A DNA stretch of 64,000 nt from the human T2T-CHM13v2.0 reference genome, Homo sapiens: NCBI RefSeq assembly GCF_009914755.1, contig NC_060930.1. One strand, 5' to 3'. Shown here piece after piece: positions 1 through 14,544 of this stretch. A program made the position numbers and the translations under genes. The notes beneath the pieces were generated by a model that made no database searches, was not told where the DNA came from, and saw only the letters and a program-made list of their open reading frames with translations. Every line of letters begins with the position of its first letter. Position 1 is the first letter of the stretch.

Positions 1-199
1 GTTCAGGCTAAGGAAGGGTAGGAACTATTGTACACAGGAAAGGTAGAGATACATTAGGGTAAGACACACAATGGTGTCCAGAATTGCCAGTAACTTAAAA
101 TGATAAAAGATGGGTGAGGGCTTTATAAGAACATGTTTCTTTTCTGCCTTAATTACTTCACATTCTTCGATTAACTAATTATCTTACTCCTCACTAGAT

Positions 200-310
200 A
201 ACAAGGTTAAAGAGAATGAGCACCACATCTGATTCACTCATCATTGCATTCCCCATACTAGCACAGTCTGTAGCTCAGAATACGTATTCAATAAATACTG
301 GTTGAGTAAA
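200..310 (+). mobile_element. L2 3' end fragment
   Basis: ctagcacagt...tcaataaatactggttgagtaaa resembles the L2 terminus. Confidence 0.6.
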
Positions 311-1029
311 TATAGAAGAGTACATTTTTAAATTGTAAATCTTACTGTGTAGTCATACATAAAAGGCACTTCACATATTAGGTAACTACACTGAAAAATG
401 CAGATTAGCTTATTGCTTAATCACACTCCTGGAGAGGGAGGAAGATAGGGTCTCTGACTCATGACGGTGGGTTAGGAAATGGGCAAAGGAACTACTTTTT
501 AACACAGGTGAGGACAGGGGAAGTGGGCAGCTGACAAGAGCATGAATGTCTTCATCTATCATAGCAGAGTTGATCAGTACTGTCCAAAAGTGAAAAATCA
601 CACTCAAACCTCTTGAAATGTTTTACACAATGTTTTCTCTTTACCTTAGAGGAATCTCTTCGAAAATAATGACCCCTGGAGAGAAAAAACAGTTATTTGA
701 AATTCAGCAATTCCTTCAGTCTCACGCTGGGGCTTCTTTTTTTTTGTTTTCCTATAAAATTCAGTTCAAATTTAAAGTGGCAACTGTACTATAATTCTAT
801 TTTTATAAAAGAATTTATTTTTATATATCTGCATATCTTTCTGTCTATATATGTACAGAAAGATGCCTAGAATGATTTTCCACAGTGTTAATAATGACCG
901 TTTTAGAATTACAAGGAATTTCATTATATTTAATTTTCTGCATTGGTTAATTTATTTATAATAAAGATCAACTATTGTTTAAAAAAACAGAAAAAAGTTA
1001 TGATGACTTTCAAAATTAAGCAATTAAAG

Positions 1030-1880
1030 AGACGGTTGGGTCACTTAATGAGACAGAAATGAAAGATGTATTTTGTTTGTTTTTGTAGAAGGAGGTTTGG
1101 GAGACCCAAGAGTTCAATTTTCAACATGTTTAAGTGAGAAATGTATAAATTGAGATGTCAGAAGGCAGGTGTATATATAGGTTTGGTAGCTGAAAAGAGA
1201 GGTCTGGGCTAGAGATATAAATGGGGGCATCTACTAGCATATAAATGATATTTAAAGGCAAATGTTTAAGTGTAATAAATTAAGAGTAGAGTGCACAGAA
1301 ACCTAGGATCCTTGATCCTGGGTCCAGGACTAAATCCTGAGTATTCCAACATTCAGAGGTTGACTAGAGAATGAAAAAAAAAAAAAAAAGAAAGAAAGAA
1401 AAAGAAACCGCAGCAATAAGAGTGTGTGATACACAGAAATGAAGAGAATTTTTCACACAGGGAAAAAAAAAAAATGGTCCCCTATATCAAATGCTACTGA
1501 CAGTTATAGTAAGATGAGAAAAGAGAAGAATTCACTAGATTCATTAGCATGGAAGTTACAAGTGATCTAGCGATGAGCAGGATGAATAGTTCTGACAAAA
1601 TTATAAAGTCAATGTCAAATCAAAGTGAGTTGAGTAAATACGGGTGAGCAACTGAGGACAGTTTGTATAGACATATTTTGCTATATAGATCAGTGGCTGC
1701 AAGGAGACACAAGGTCAAGGATATTTCTTTGGGTGGTTTGTTGTATTTCATTGTAAGATGGGACATATGAAGGCATGTCTTCACACTAATAGGAATGATC
1801 TAGCATAAAAGGATAAGTTGGAAGAGGGAGAAAAGGAGTAGGGGTGAAGGAGGGAGGCTAATCAAAGGAGCACCCTTCTT
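1030..1880 (-). mobile_element. L2 fragment(s)
   Basis: gagaggtctgggctagagatataaat...atcaaatgctactgacag are typical antisense L2 motifs. Confidence 0.65.
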
Positions 1881-2649
1881 GAGTATTAGTCATTTACAAT
1901 GTAAGATTTGTAAGATCTTGGCAATTTAAAATTCAGAACTTTAAACAGAATGTGATGCTGTTCACGCCACATTTCACTAAGCCTCATATTAGCTTCATCT
2001 GAGTGTTGTGATAAATAAGTTGTACCAAGCATTACACTTAATGCTACTGCTACAGTTTTGAGGCAGAAGAAAATATAAAGCAAATGGAACAAGCAATGAA
2101 AAACATAGATTCAGACACATTAATGGATAATCCACTGAAGAGAAAGGTACAAGGAAGGCTTAACTAGAAACAAACAAAAAGTACTATGGGAATAAGAGAG
2201 AAACATATGGGTAAAAATCCCAAACACACAGAAACACAAGGTTTATGAAAAATGCAAAGCTATGATCTAGATTTATCACCATTAGATATCAATGACCAAT
2301 AATAGAAATTAGTAGAAAAATGAAAGTAAATTATTAGCTTAAAATGTATGACTTACAAATATACCTGACCTAAAGATTATTATGAATAGAAATCTCAAAA
2401 CTACATTTGTGTAAGAAAAACTTGTTAAAAAGCCAATAAGGTTAAAATACAAACTTTTCCTCAAAAAGTAATTTTGTCATTTTCTCTTTTTGAATGCTGA
2501 TACAAAACAAGCAAATTACTAGGTAGCATGTTTATGACTACTGAGATACCGAAAAAATGAAGACAAAAATTATTTCATAGTAAAACACAAAAACAGCATA
2601 GATCAAGTAGATATAAAGAAAGACATGAAGAACTGCTATTAGAACTATT

Positions 2650-2860
2650 AATACTACTGTTTTTACAGTGTTTTCTGTGTGCCAGGTACTATTTTAAGCC
2701 TTTTTAATTTTTCATATCAATTATGAAAATAACTCTGTAAGGAAAATAATGTAATTATCCTCCACTTTACAGATGAGTAACTGAGACCCCATCTCACACA
2801 ACCAGTAAAGAGCAGGCAGTTTGATCACAACGTCCATGTTGCTAACCACCATACTGCACT
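2650..2860 (-). mobile_element. MIR
   Basis: tgtgccaggtact...tttacagatgagtaactgag MIR core. Confidence 0.7.
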
Positions 2861-4174
2861 ATTCTTTTATCTATCAACAATGGGACAGTAAATTCTTTAC
2901 AGTAGCATAGAATGATAACATTTGGATATTATGAGAAAGCACATACTATGAAAATTAATGTATGTTATTCCCAGGAGCATTTCACTTCTTGGATTGCTTT
3001 TTATATAACTTAATAAAGTCTTATTGTTAAATCTTCTTCCAAAGAACACTACAGAAAATATTATTCCATACAAGCAAGAAAATATACAGGAAAAAAAAAA
3101 AGAAATTTGCTCAGTATATCAACAACAAGAGGCCAAAATCGATGTTCTATAACTGCAAAACTCAGAAACATACTTGTTATGCAAAAGGAAATTCTACTGA
3201 ATGGAGTTTTTCCTAGTTTCCCCCATCAAAACTTGCTATCTGATGTATCTGAGACTATAGACTAAAAATTAAAATTTAATGTGAAAACACATTTTGAGAT
3301 AAAGGGCACGCCACCCAAAGAACTACAATAGTAGCACCTTTGTTATACCTTCTTTGTACTATAAAGTCCAAACACGAAGCTCATCTATTAATATACAGTT
3401 AAAAGTTAAAAATATACTATCATCAGAGAATTCTAACTTTAGAAAAATAATTGCTTCCTTTCTTAGGTGGTGAATTATCATTGATCTCCCTCAAGTCTAA
3501 AAAAGTTACTTTGCTAATAGAAAAGAAAGAAAAATCATGAAACTATGAAAATGGAAAATTTCCTTAATTCACCTGCTTTTAAAGGTAGTAATTTACAGGA
3601 AGGGAAGCAAATTCTATGTTTACATATGACCAAAAGACTGTGAATTTCATGAGTCCCTGTAGCCCTACCAACTACGCCTTATTTCCCATTTGAACATGGA
3701 AAATAAAATGTCAAGGAATATGAACTCAACTAGAAAGATTTAAACTTCAGGCAAAGTAAAGTTGAAAAGTAATGATTAACACCAAAGAGCAAAACTTGGG
3801 CCTCAGGATAAATCATCCTTTTCTAGGCCTCTTTTGAGGGTATATTGTGACAAGAATCTAACCAAATACCAACCCAGGGAAGGTCAAGTTGACTCCTGAG
3901 TACACTAAATGAAATAGTCCCTAAAATGCCTCTATTAAATTAGGGAATGGGAGACACTATAATAATATAGAATCCAAATTCAGACAAAGGCCATGGTACA
4001 CATATCTAATTGCCTTAATTTACTTTGTTTATAATGTTACAGGAAGACAAATTACCTTTAAGCATGCTTTTAAATATTAGCTAATTTTAAATACTTTTTT
4101 AAAGTATACAGGACAAATGCTTATTTTTTGTGGAACATAAAATATAATATCAAAAGTAAAATGTAGCATTTTAC

Positions 4175-4263
4175 CTTAGACCAAAGATATGTGATTGTTC
4201 ATAGTTGAATAAAGAACGAATCTTAGCTTCAGAATTCAAAATTATAAGTCTATCAATAATATC
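4175..4263 (-). CDS. TBC1D32: TBC1D32 coding exon, 89 nt ([30 protein letters not shown])
   Basis: Minus strand reads ctttttcag|GATATT...CTAAG|gtaaaa; phase 0 to 2; in frame with the 22325-22441 exon; peptide matches the recalled TBC1D32 sequence. Confidence 0.95.
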
Positions 4264-4344
4264 CTGAAAAAGACAGACAAAATGAGACTGTATTTAACTG
4301 ATATCATTTAAAGAAAATTAAGTCAACAACAATTTATTTAGATT

Positions 4345-4553
4345 TGTGGCTCTCAAATTTGCCTTTACAAGGAAATCACCTGGGGAGCTGTAAATAATAA
4401 CAAGAAGAAGAATAAGAATAATAATAGTATAATGCCTGGGTCCTAACCCTCAAAGTTTCTGAATTAACTGGTCTGAGTGTGGCCTAGATTTACATTAGGA
4501 CTGTAAAAGTTTCCGAAGTGAATCCAGTATTCAGCCAAAGTGGAAAACACTGA
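4345..4553. mobile_element. MER5-type hAT-Charlie MITE
   Basis: gtggctctcaaa...aatcacctggggagct...gaaaacactg; degenerate TIRs. Confidence 0.65.
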
Positions 4554-4740
4554 TTTTGACCCTACTCTGGCACTAGTGAGCACCTTATACCATCAGTTAA
4601 ATACTGATAAAATTGCCAAAAATGTAAACTACTTTGAAAAACAAATATAAAATCCACAAATTAGAAGAATGAACAACGGATCAAAATGTTGTAACTAGTA
4701 ACTAGATTTTCTCAATAGAGACTATCTGCCTCACGTAAAT

Positions 4741-4924
4741 CAGTGGTTTCCAACCCTGGTTGAACATTAGACTCACGTAGGGAACTTAAGAAAGATACAC
4801 AGGTGCCCAGGCTCAACCCCAGGCCAATTAAATCACTATGTCTAGGGGTGGGAATCTGGCATCAATACTCTTTTAAAAGCTCCCTGTGATGTTCCAGTGT
4901 GTAGCCAAGTCTTCAAAACCACTG
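4741..4924. mobile_element. MER5-type hAT-Charlie MITE
   Basis: TIRs cagtggttt / aaaccactg with a typical MER5 interior. Confidence 0.75.
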
Positions 4925-5017
4925 ATGCAAATATACACAGAACCTGATGATCTAGGTGCCAGCAGCTGTCCTAGCACTGACAATTTTAGCCAACCACACA
5001 ATTTTGAACATGTTTTA

Positions 5018-5362
<345 letters not shown>

Positions 5363-7174
5363 TTACATATATCTTTGGGTTCAGGCCTAAGAAATTTATT
5401 TATAGACAAATATATATCTCTCTCATTGCTCATTTTCCTGACCAAGAAACTTGCTACTCTCCAGTGAGTTTAAATTCAGGATATTTCTGTTACCAATAGG
5501 GCAAAAGAAGAAAGGTTTTGCTAGGGAGTAAAGTCACATAATATTTATTGAGGAATTTGTGCCTTATGGTACAAAGACTATTTCATCAAATTAAAAAAAG
5601 AGGCAAAGGAATGAGTTTGTAAAAAGAAAATAATAGATATTTCAAAATCACACTTGAAAAACACTAATCAGATACTGATCAATATTAATACAACAACTGG
5701 ACTGTGGGTAGAGCTACCTAGTAAAAATTTGTACCCAACATATAAGAATATATTTACCATTCTATAGATTATTTTGTAGAAGTGTGTAAATAATACTAGC
5801 ATGAGAGTTTAAATTGGTAAATATTAATAGACTACCTAGTAATGATGAATAAAAAGACTATTATTTTTAAATGAATTGTTGCTGTTATCTACTACTTTGC
5901 TGGGCACTACTTGCTTCAAACATTACAATAGAATGTGAGCTAAACAACTCATATTCATATTCCCAGCTGCACAGTCACTCTCATTAATTGCATCACAACT
6001 CTTTCTATCTCCTTTAACCTCTCTACTTTTTCCTGAATTAGCTACATGACAGAGCCACAGAGATTGCTATGACTTGCTCCAGCATCTGAATACTATTAAA
6101 TAAATAGTCTTTGCCCTGGACATAGTGATGAAACTTGTTTACTATCTACCTATTCTACAAATAGGTAAATGTTTTATTACTTAATAATTATTGTAATTTT
6201 AGAGAAATGACCTATTATCACTATTTTTAACCACTGTTAATCTTCACAGAACAATCCAGAATTGATTAGGAATCATTAACCTTCTTGTACCTGAGGTGAG
6301 AGAGGTTGCCAATTAGTTCTATGCATAGTAGTTTCTAAAAGTATTATAATAAATATTTCTTCAATAGTAGGGAATTCGTATAGGTGACTGAAATTTGCAG
6401 GGCTATTTGAATATAATGCAGAGCTCAAACTATTTGATAGCCACTGACATCTTGTAACTGAGATTCTAGTTCTGAATCTAAGTACTAGGTACTGTTATAA
6501 TAAAAATGATAGACTGTATTACCAACAAGCTAATGGAAGAGTAGATTACAGTAATCTATCAATGAGAATGCATTTTCAAAGAACAAATGTTATGGCAAAT
6601 AATTTTTTCAAAGAAGAAGATTACATTGATGTATCACCACTTAGTGAAAAAAACAAAACTCCTGGGAAGCCTTATGGAGAGCTTCAGTTTCTAAACACCA
6701 TAACATGTGTCAATAAGGGAATCAGCTTCCTAAATCAAGAAGCAGCTTCCCAGCAACAAACTAGTGCAAGAAGACCCAGGACTTACAAAAAGTAGACAGA
6801 AATTCTGTATATTTTTAAAAGATACTGTCCAGCTTGAGAATATTTTCAATAACCTACTAGGTCAGACTGAGGCCATACTGGAAAAACAAAAAGGAATATC
6901 AGTTCTATATAAAGATATGTTTGAGTGCCTACTGTTTACAACTGCCCCAATAGCTAGGTTTGGGCTATGTGACTGACTTGTTTTTTTGAAGAAATAGGCA
7001 AGTGAAGGGTGAGGACAGGTCAAATGTAATGTCCCAATAGTTCCGCACTTCCACTTCTAGAAGTGGCTTATGATTGGTTAGCCTATGAATAAAACTAAGC
7101 TAATCAAACTCCTTCCTTGGGATTTTTCAACATGGAAAAGTAGAGGAAAAGGCTGCTCTCCTGTTTGGGGTTTT

Positions 7175-8031
7175 AGAGAGTTAAATGGTGACCCCTCACA
7201 CACACACCAAAAAAAAAAAAAGATATGTCCAAGGCCTAATCCCCAGAACCTGTAAATGTCACCCTATTCAGAAAAAGAGTCATTGCAGAGGTTAAGAGTC
7301 TTGAGGTATGTATTAGTCCATTCTCACGCTGTTAATAAAGACATACCTGAGACTGGGTAATTTATTTAAAAAAAAAGGAGGTTTAATTAACTCACAGTTC
7401 AACATGGCTGGGGAGACCTCAGGAAACTTGCAATCATGGTGGAGGGGAAAGCAAACACATCCTTCTTCACATGGCAGCAGGAAGGAGAAGTGTGGAGCAA
7501 AGTGGGGAAAAGCTCCTTATAAAATCTCATGAGAAGTCAGTTGCTATCATGAGAACAGCATGGGGGAAATCACCCCATAATTCAGTTACCTCCTGTCAAG
7601 CCCCTCCCATGACACATGGGGATTACGGAAACTATAATTCAAGACGAGATCTGGGAAGGGACACAGCCAAACCATATCATCCTGGATTACCAAAGTAGAC
7701 CTTTAATCTAAGACAAGTGTCCTTATAACAGAAAAACAGAGGGAGATTTAAGACAGAGAAGAAAAAATAGACATGTAAAGATAGAGGCACAAACTGGATT
7801 TATGTAGCAACAAGACATGAAACACCTGGAAAAAAAAAAAAAAAAAAAAAAAAAACAGAAATTAAACCAAAGGATTCTTCCCTGGAGCCTTGGGAGGAAG
7901 CATGGCCCTGCTGGCACCTTGTTTTCAAACTTCTGGCCTTCAGAATTGGGAAAGAATAAATTTTTGTGATTTAAAGCCACCCAGTTACCCGGTTTGTGGT
8001 AATGTGTTACGACAGACCTAGGAAATTAATA
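7175..8031 (+). mobile_element. MLT1 (MaLR) LTR split by a THE1/MST LTR
   Basis: ccccagaacctgtaaatgtcacc...ttgagg, resuming tcctggatta...ggaaattaata. Confidence 0.75.
7309..7679 (-). mobile_element. THE1/MST solo LTR (THE1C-like)
   Basis: tgtattagtccattctcacgctg...aaaccatatca termini. Confidence 0.88.
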
Positions 8032-8139
8032 AAAGGGGAGAGGGTGAAGATATCCCCATAGAATAACAGGTAGCCCCTCCTATGGGGAATGGAGGACTAT
8101 GGAATCCTCTCCTATGGAGAATACCATCTAGAGAAGAAG

Positions 8140-8855
8140 AGAATAATTATAGCAAATATTTATATATCACTTATTATCTGCCAGGTAGTGATCTAAAAGC
8201 ATTTAGTCTTCACAACAACCCTGAGATGAAAATATTACAGCTCTTCTTAAAAAAAAAAAACTCACTTCATTGAGGTATAATTGACATAAATAAGCTATAC
8301 TAATACTGTATAAATTTGATAAGTTTGGAGATATGTATACACCTGTGAAACCATAACCACAATCTATGCCATAAGCCCATCTATCACCTCCCAAAGTTTC
8401 CTCCTGCCTTATTGATTAGTGTGTGTGAGAGATAAGAACATTTAGCATGAGATCTGCCCCCTTAGCAAGTTTTTAAGTATATAATACTGTATTGCTAACT
8501 ATAGGCACTATGTTGTACAGTAGATCTTTAGGATTTAATCATCTTGTATAACCAAAACTTCATACACTTTGACCAATACTTGCCTGCTTTCCCCCTTTCC
8601 CATCCCTAGCCACCACCATTCCACTCTCTACTTCCACGGGTTTAACTATTTTAGATTCATCATACAAGTGGTATTATGTGGTATTTGTCCTTCCTGTGTC
8701 TGGCTTATTTCATTTAGCATAAGGCACTCTTGCAACAAGAAAAAACTGAGGTCTAACTTGTTCAGGGTCACACAACTAGTAAGAGGCAGAACCAGGAAAC
8801 TAATGCAGGCAGTCTGGCTTCAGAATTCAAACTCTTAACCATTATTACCCTGTGC
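8140..8855 (-). mobile_element. MIR interrupted by an L1MA/MB 3' fragment (~8260-8722)
   Basis: MIR halves flank ttgaggtataattgacata...tggcttatttcatttagcataa. Confidence 0.7.
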
Positions 8856-9653
8856 TTGCCTTTCAACAAAGCCAACATGAAATGCAATAACAAGCAAAGG
8901 TGGAGGGCATAGGAGGACAGACACAGAGAGACAGATGTAGACCTGACAGCACTTGCAGTCCTGTTTCCAGTTGTCCATGCTTTTTCTGAAAGTTAGTTAT
9001 ATAAATCAAAAAATGTCCCATTTTGCCTAAACTAATTCAATTTGCATCTTTCTACCTAATACAATACCATGTTTACACATCATTATCGTAGAGCTGGATG
9101 GTAAGTCATAGAAACTGAAAGCAATTAAAAAATTGTGTATATTAAAGGAAAAGGGTATTTTGTATCATTCACCTTTAATTTAATAAAGTACAACTTGAGA
9201 GTTGTTCACAGGCGTTAGAATTTTGGTAGATACCTGACATGAAGCCATGAAAAGTTAAGACCTAATATCCCTAAAAGCTAAAGAATCTCTTAAAATTTAG
9301 AAGAAAAAGAACTACACAAATAGAAAAACAGGCAAAAATGAATGAAAAGACCATTAATGGATAAGTAAATGTCAATGACTATTAAGCATAGAAAAGGATG
9401 TTCTGTTCAGATGAAAAAATACATAAATTAACATTTTTCACTTGTCAGACAAATATCTAAATTTTTGAACACATAATCTTCTTAATCAGCCTACCAGGAA
9501 ACAGGCACTATAATATCTTACTGACGGGAATGCAAAAGGATTATTCTCTGTGAATGGAAATCTAGCAACAAGAACCATATACTGGAATATATTACACGTG
9601 AATTTACCTTTCAACCCAGTAATCATGCTTCTAGAAATCTAGCCTGAAGATAC

Positions 9654-10110
9654 TGTGGTAGGCAGAATTCGAAAATGGCCCTCAAGATTCTCAGGCCTCA
9701 AACACAAATGCAAGCACTGCTGTGAAGGAATTTTTGCAGATGTAACTAAAATCCTTAATAAGTTGACTTAAAGATAGGAGATTATGGGGGTGGGTTTGAC
9801 CTAATCAAACAAGCAATTTAAAAGTGGAATTTTGTCTAACTGGTCACAAAAGGTCAGAGAGATTCAAAGAATGAGAGAAATATGGTATAAGGGAAGTTCT
9901 CCAATTCTGAAATGCAAAAGGACAACAGGACAAAGACCCGAGAGTAGCCTCCAGAAACTACAAAGAAGTCCCTAGCTAACAGCCACAGAAAATTCAGGCA
10001 CACCATACTGAACTTCTGACCTACAAAACTGTGAGTTAATAAACGGGTGTTGTTTTAATCCACTGGATTTGTAAGAATTTGTTATACGACAATAAAAAAA
10101 AATAGACACA
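9654..10110 (+). mobile_element. MLT1 LTR inserted in old L1M sequence (~9200-10400)
   Basis: tgtggtaggcagaattc...aatagacaca; L1M-like sequence on both sides. Confidence 0.7.
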
Positions 10111-10486
10111 CTGGCAAGTACAATATAAGCCAAGGCTATTAATTTTGGAATCATTTATAATAATAAAAGACTTGAAAGAACCCAAGTGTCCACCAGTAAA
10201 AGACTGGATAAACTCTAGCACATCCACATAATGGACTATTATGCAACTGTGGGCGGGGCGGAGGGAGGGGGCGGCGAGGAAAGGATAAGAAAGAGCTCTG
10301 TATACTGCTATAGAGTCATCTCCAAGATAAGTAATAGAAAAATGCAAAGGGCAGGTGAGTATAGCAGGCTATATTTCACTTACATCTAGAGGGAAAGAAA
10401 ATATGGATTTTTTAAAATTTCTAAACAGTTGTATTTATTCCAACAAAAATAAACGTCACTTTCATTTACCAGGGAAATGAAATCCC

Positions 10487-10822
10487 TGGTGACTTCTGAG
10501 ATTCTAATGAACCCATCACCCAAGCAGTGTACACTGTACACAGTGTGTAGTCTTTTATCCCTCACCCCTCTCCTATCCTTTCCCATTGAGTCCCCCAAGT
10601 CCACTGTATCATTCTTATGCCTTTGCGTCCTCATAGCTAAGATCCCATATCTGGGTGAGAACATATGATGTTTGGTTTTCCATTCCAGTGTTACTTAACT
10701 TTGAGTAATCGTCTCCAATTCCATCCAGGTTGCTGTGAATGCCATTATTTCATTCCTTTATTATGGCTGAGTAGTATTACATGGTACCTATATACCACAT
10801 TTTCTTTATCCACTCGGTGATT
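10487..10822 (-). mobile_element. Internal L1PB 3'UTR fragment with no poly(A) or TSD
   Basis: Homologous to 29943-30180 and to the reverse complement of ~53100-53430. Confidence 0.85.
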
Positions 10823-11093
10823 ACCTAGCCCCATACAAGTAAAATGCTGTGGAAGACCCGCTGGAAAGACTACACCCCTCACTGGTTTGGGGAACACCAC
10901 TGTCCCAGTGGAACCTTGACCACACCCTGGAGCCCCCTACTCTTCCTCTCTGGACCTGAGCCAAACTGTGAGTGTCACAGAGCAAGGATAGTATGTGCTC
11001 CACTCAACACTGCACACACAGTTCCTCGACCACAGTGCCGAGCAAATGGCAGGCACTCCCTGTGTATCTGCTGAATAAATAAATGAATGAACA

Positions 11094-11098
11094 AACAC

Positions 11099-11129
<31 letters not shown>
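11094..11129. repeat. (CA)n microsatellite following an L2 3' end
   Basis: Direct reading. Confidence 0.9.
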
Positions 11130-11131
<2 letters not shown>

Positions 11132-11550
11132 CAAAAGGGACGTAGTTACTGACCTAACAGAAATACAAATAACAATCAAAGACTACTATGAACATCTCTA
11201 TGCAAACAACCTAGAAAACCTAGAAGAAATGGATAAATTCCTGGACACATATGCCCCCACAAGACTGAACCAGGAACAAGGTGATTCCCAGAAAAGGCCA
11301 ATAACAAGCTCCGAAATTGAATCAGCAATAAATAGCCTACCAACCAAAAAAAGCCCAGGACCAGGTGGATTCACAGCTGAATTCTACCAGATGTACAAAT
11401 AAGAGCTGGTATCATTCCTAATAAAATTATTCCAAAAAACTGCAGAGAAGGACTCCTACCTAACTTACCTAACTCATTCTATGAGGCCAGCATCATTCTG
11501 ATAACAAAACGTGGCAGAGACACAACAAAAAAAACTTCAGGTCAATATCT

Positions 11551-11860
<310 letters not shown>

Positions 11861-12560
11861 CAGGCCAATATCTTTGATGAACTTGATGCAAAAATCCTCA
11901 ACAAAATACTTGCAAACAAAATACAGCAGCACATCAAAAAACTAATCCACCACCATCAGGTAGGCTTTACCCTTTGGATGCAAGGTTGGTTCAACATATG
12001 CAAACCAATAAACATAATCCATCACATAAACAGGACTAAAGACAAAAACCAAATGATTATCTCAATAGATGCAGAAAAGGCTTTCAATAAACTTCAACAT
12101 CCTTCGTGTTAAAAACTCTCAATAAACTAGATATTGAAGGAACATATCTCAAAATAATAAGAACCTTCTATGACAAACCCACAGCCAACATCATACCATT
12201 CAGGCAAAAGCAGGAAACATTTTCCTTGAAAACTGGCACAAGACAAGGATGTCCTCTCTCACCATCTCTATTCAACATAGTATTGGAAGTCTTGGCCACA
12301 GCAATCAGGTAAGAGAAACAAATAAAGGTCATCCAAATAGGAAGACAGGAAGCCAAACTATCCCTGTTTGCAGACGGCATGATTCTATATCTAGAGAACC
12401 CCACAGTCTTGGTCCAAAAGCTCCTTCAGCTGATAAACAACTTCAGAAAAGATTCAGGATACAAAATCAATGCACAAAAATCACTAGCATTCCTATACTC
12501 CAACAATAGCCAAGTCAAGAGCCAAATCAGGAATTCAATCCTATTCACAACTGCCACAAA

Positions 12561-12657
12561 AATAATAACATAACATAACATAACATAACATAACATAACA
12601 TAACATAACATAACATAACATAAAATAAAATAAAATAAAATAAAATAAAATAAAATA
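12561..12657. repeat. Compound pentanucleotide microsatellite (TAACA)n(TAAAA)n within L1
   Basis: Direct reading. Confidence 0.95.
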
Positions 12658-13322
12658 CCTAGGAATACAGCAAACCAGGAAGATGAAAGAACTCTACAAT
12701 GAGAATTACAAAACATGGCTTAAAGAACTCAGAGATGATACAAACAAATGGAAACACATTCGATGCTTATGGATAGAATCAATATCATTACGATGGGCAT
12801 ACTGCCCAAAGCAATTTATAGATTCAACGATATTCCTATCAAACTAACAATGACATCCTTCACAGAACTAGAAAAAAACTATTTGAAAATTCATATGAAA
12901 CCAAAAAAGAGCCTGAATAGCCAAGGCAATCCTAAGCAAAAAGAACAAAGCTGGAGGCATCATGTTACCTGATTTGGAAGGACTATAGTAATCAAAATAG
13001 TATAATATTGGTACAAAAATAGACACACAAACCAATGGAAAAGAATAGAAAGCCCAGCAATAAGACTGCACACTTACAACTATCTGATCATCAACAAAGT
13101 TGACAAAAACAAGCAATGAGGAAAGAACTCCCTGTTTGATAAACGTGCTGAGATAACTGGCTAGCCATAAGCAGAAAATTGAAACTGGACCCCTTTTCCT
13201 TATATCATATACAAAAATTAGCTCAAGATGGATTAAAGACTTAAATGTAAAACCCAAAACTATAAAAACCCTGAAAGACAGTATAGGCAATACCATTCCA
13301 ACATACAAACAGCCAAAGATTT

Positions 13323-14544
13323 TGCCTTTGGATGCTTGGAGTGTTGATTCACCAGCTGGAAACCTGTGTGGCCTGTGGCACCTTTGCCTGAATTTTGCTC
13401 AGGCCCACTGGGCTCATTCCACCCATTCGGCCTGGCAAGCTGTGCTCAGCTCATGCTACCAACCCAGATCCCATGCCTGCCCAGGATGAGCCAGACATGA
13501 AGTGGTGAGGGTTATGTGTGTGAGTGAATGAGCATGGGGTCCAGCCACTGCTCAAAACCAGGCAGGCCAGCTGCAGCAGGGTGGGCAGCTGCAGGCACTG
13601 GCATGGGTGCCAGCTCCCTGTGAGGCTACACCTAGACAAGGCATAAAGCAAGCAGCTTCTACTACGGGCACCAGGGAACACAGCAGGGCCCAAAATCCTG
13701 GAGATGCCAGGAACCACAGAGCCCCAAAGAGGGTGTCACAGCCATGGATCAAGGATCTCCTAGATCTGGGCTACATGAAGGGCTAAAGCTCTTCTCTCTT
13801 TCTCTCTTCTCTCCTTCTCATTGCCCACAACAGGGTGAGCATGAGCAGGAGGCATGTTTCGGTCCTGTTTGTGTTACTGCTCTTTCAGTCCTCCCATTTG
13901 GTGGGTTCCAAGCTCTTGTCCCACATCCAGGAAGAATGAGGTATGTAGACAACTGGAGGGTGAGCAAAGCAAAGAGGTGCTTTATTGAGCAACAATACAG
14001 CTCTCAGGAGACCAGAAGTGGGTAAAGACTTTCTGCAGGCACCAGCCTGCATGTCTGCTCAGCACTCAGCTGAGAGAAGACCCACAATGTATATCTCCTC
14101 TCCGCAGGCAGGTCATCCTGATGTCTGCTCAGCTCTCAGCAGAGAGGAGATGCACAGGCATAGCTCCTCTCCACAGTCAGGGTGTCCCAACATCTGCCCA
14201 AGTCTGGCTGAGTCTGGGGCTTTTATGGGCTTCAGAGGGAACAAAGTGCATGCTGATTGGTCCATGGGCAACCACAGTCAGGCTCGGAAAAAGCACTGTA
14301 AGTCCTCACTCCAGTCTGCAGAATTGGCAGCTCGGCCCTCATACTTCAGGCCAACCATGGCTTGAAGGTGGGGCTTCACCAGGGATCCACCACTATCTAC
14401 CCACAGGCAGCTGAGTGCCTGCAGCTGTGCCTGGGAGGGTGGGACTCCCACCAGCATCATGGGGCATGCAGGCCCAGCCTTGTCTTCCACAATGAAGCTG
14501 GCATCATGGCAGCCACTGCTCCAGATGGGCCACCACTGCCATCA
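13323..14544 (-). mobile_element. MER52 (ERV1) solo LTR
   Basis: TG...CA ends; minus strand starts tgatggcagtggtggcccatctggagc; 4-bp TSD attt (13319-13322 / 14545-14548) restores L1 aaagatttcatgac. Confidence 0.85.

Noticed and set aside
1301-1323. Hairpin acctaggatc-ctt-gatcctgggt
   Set aside because: A single imperfect 10-bp stem in an L2 with no associated junction.
6562-6976. Two overlapping ORFs in non-repeat-looking sequence
   Set aside because: Short, no recognisable homology, no splice or retrocopy hallmarks.
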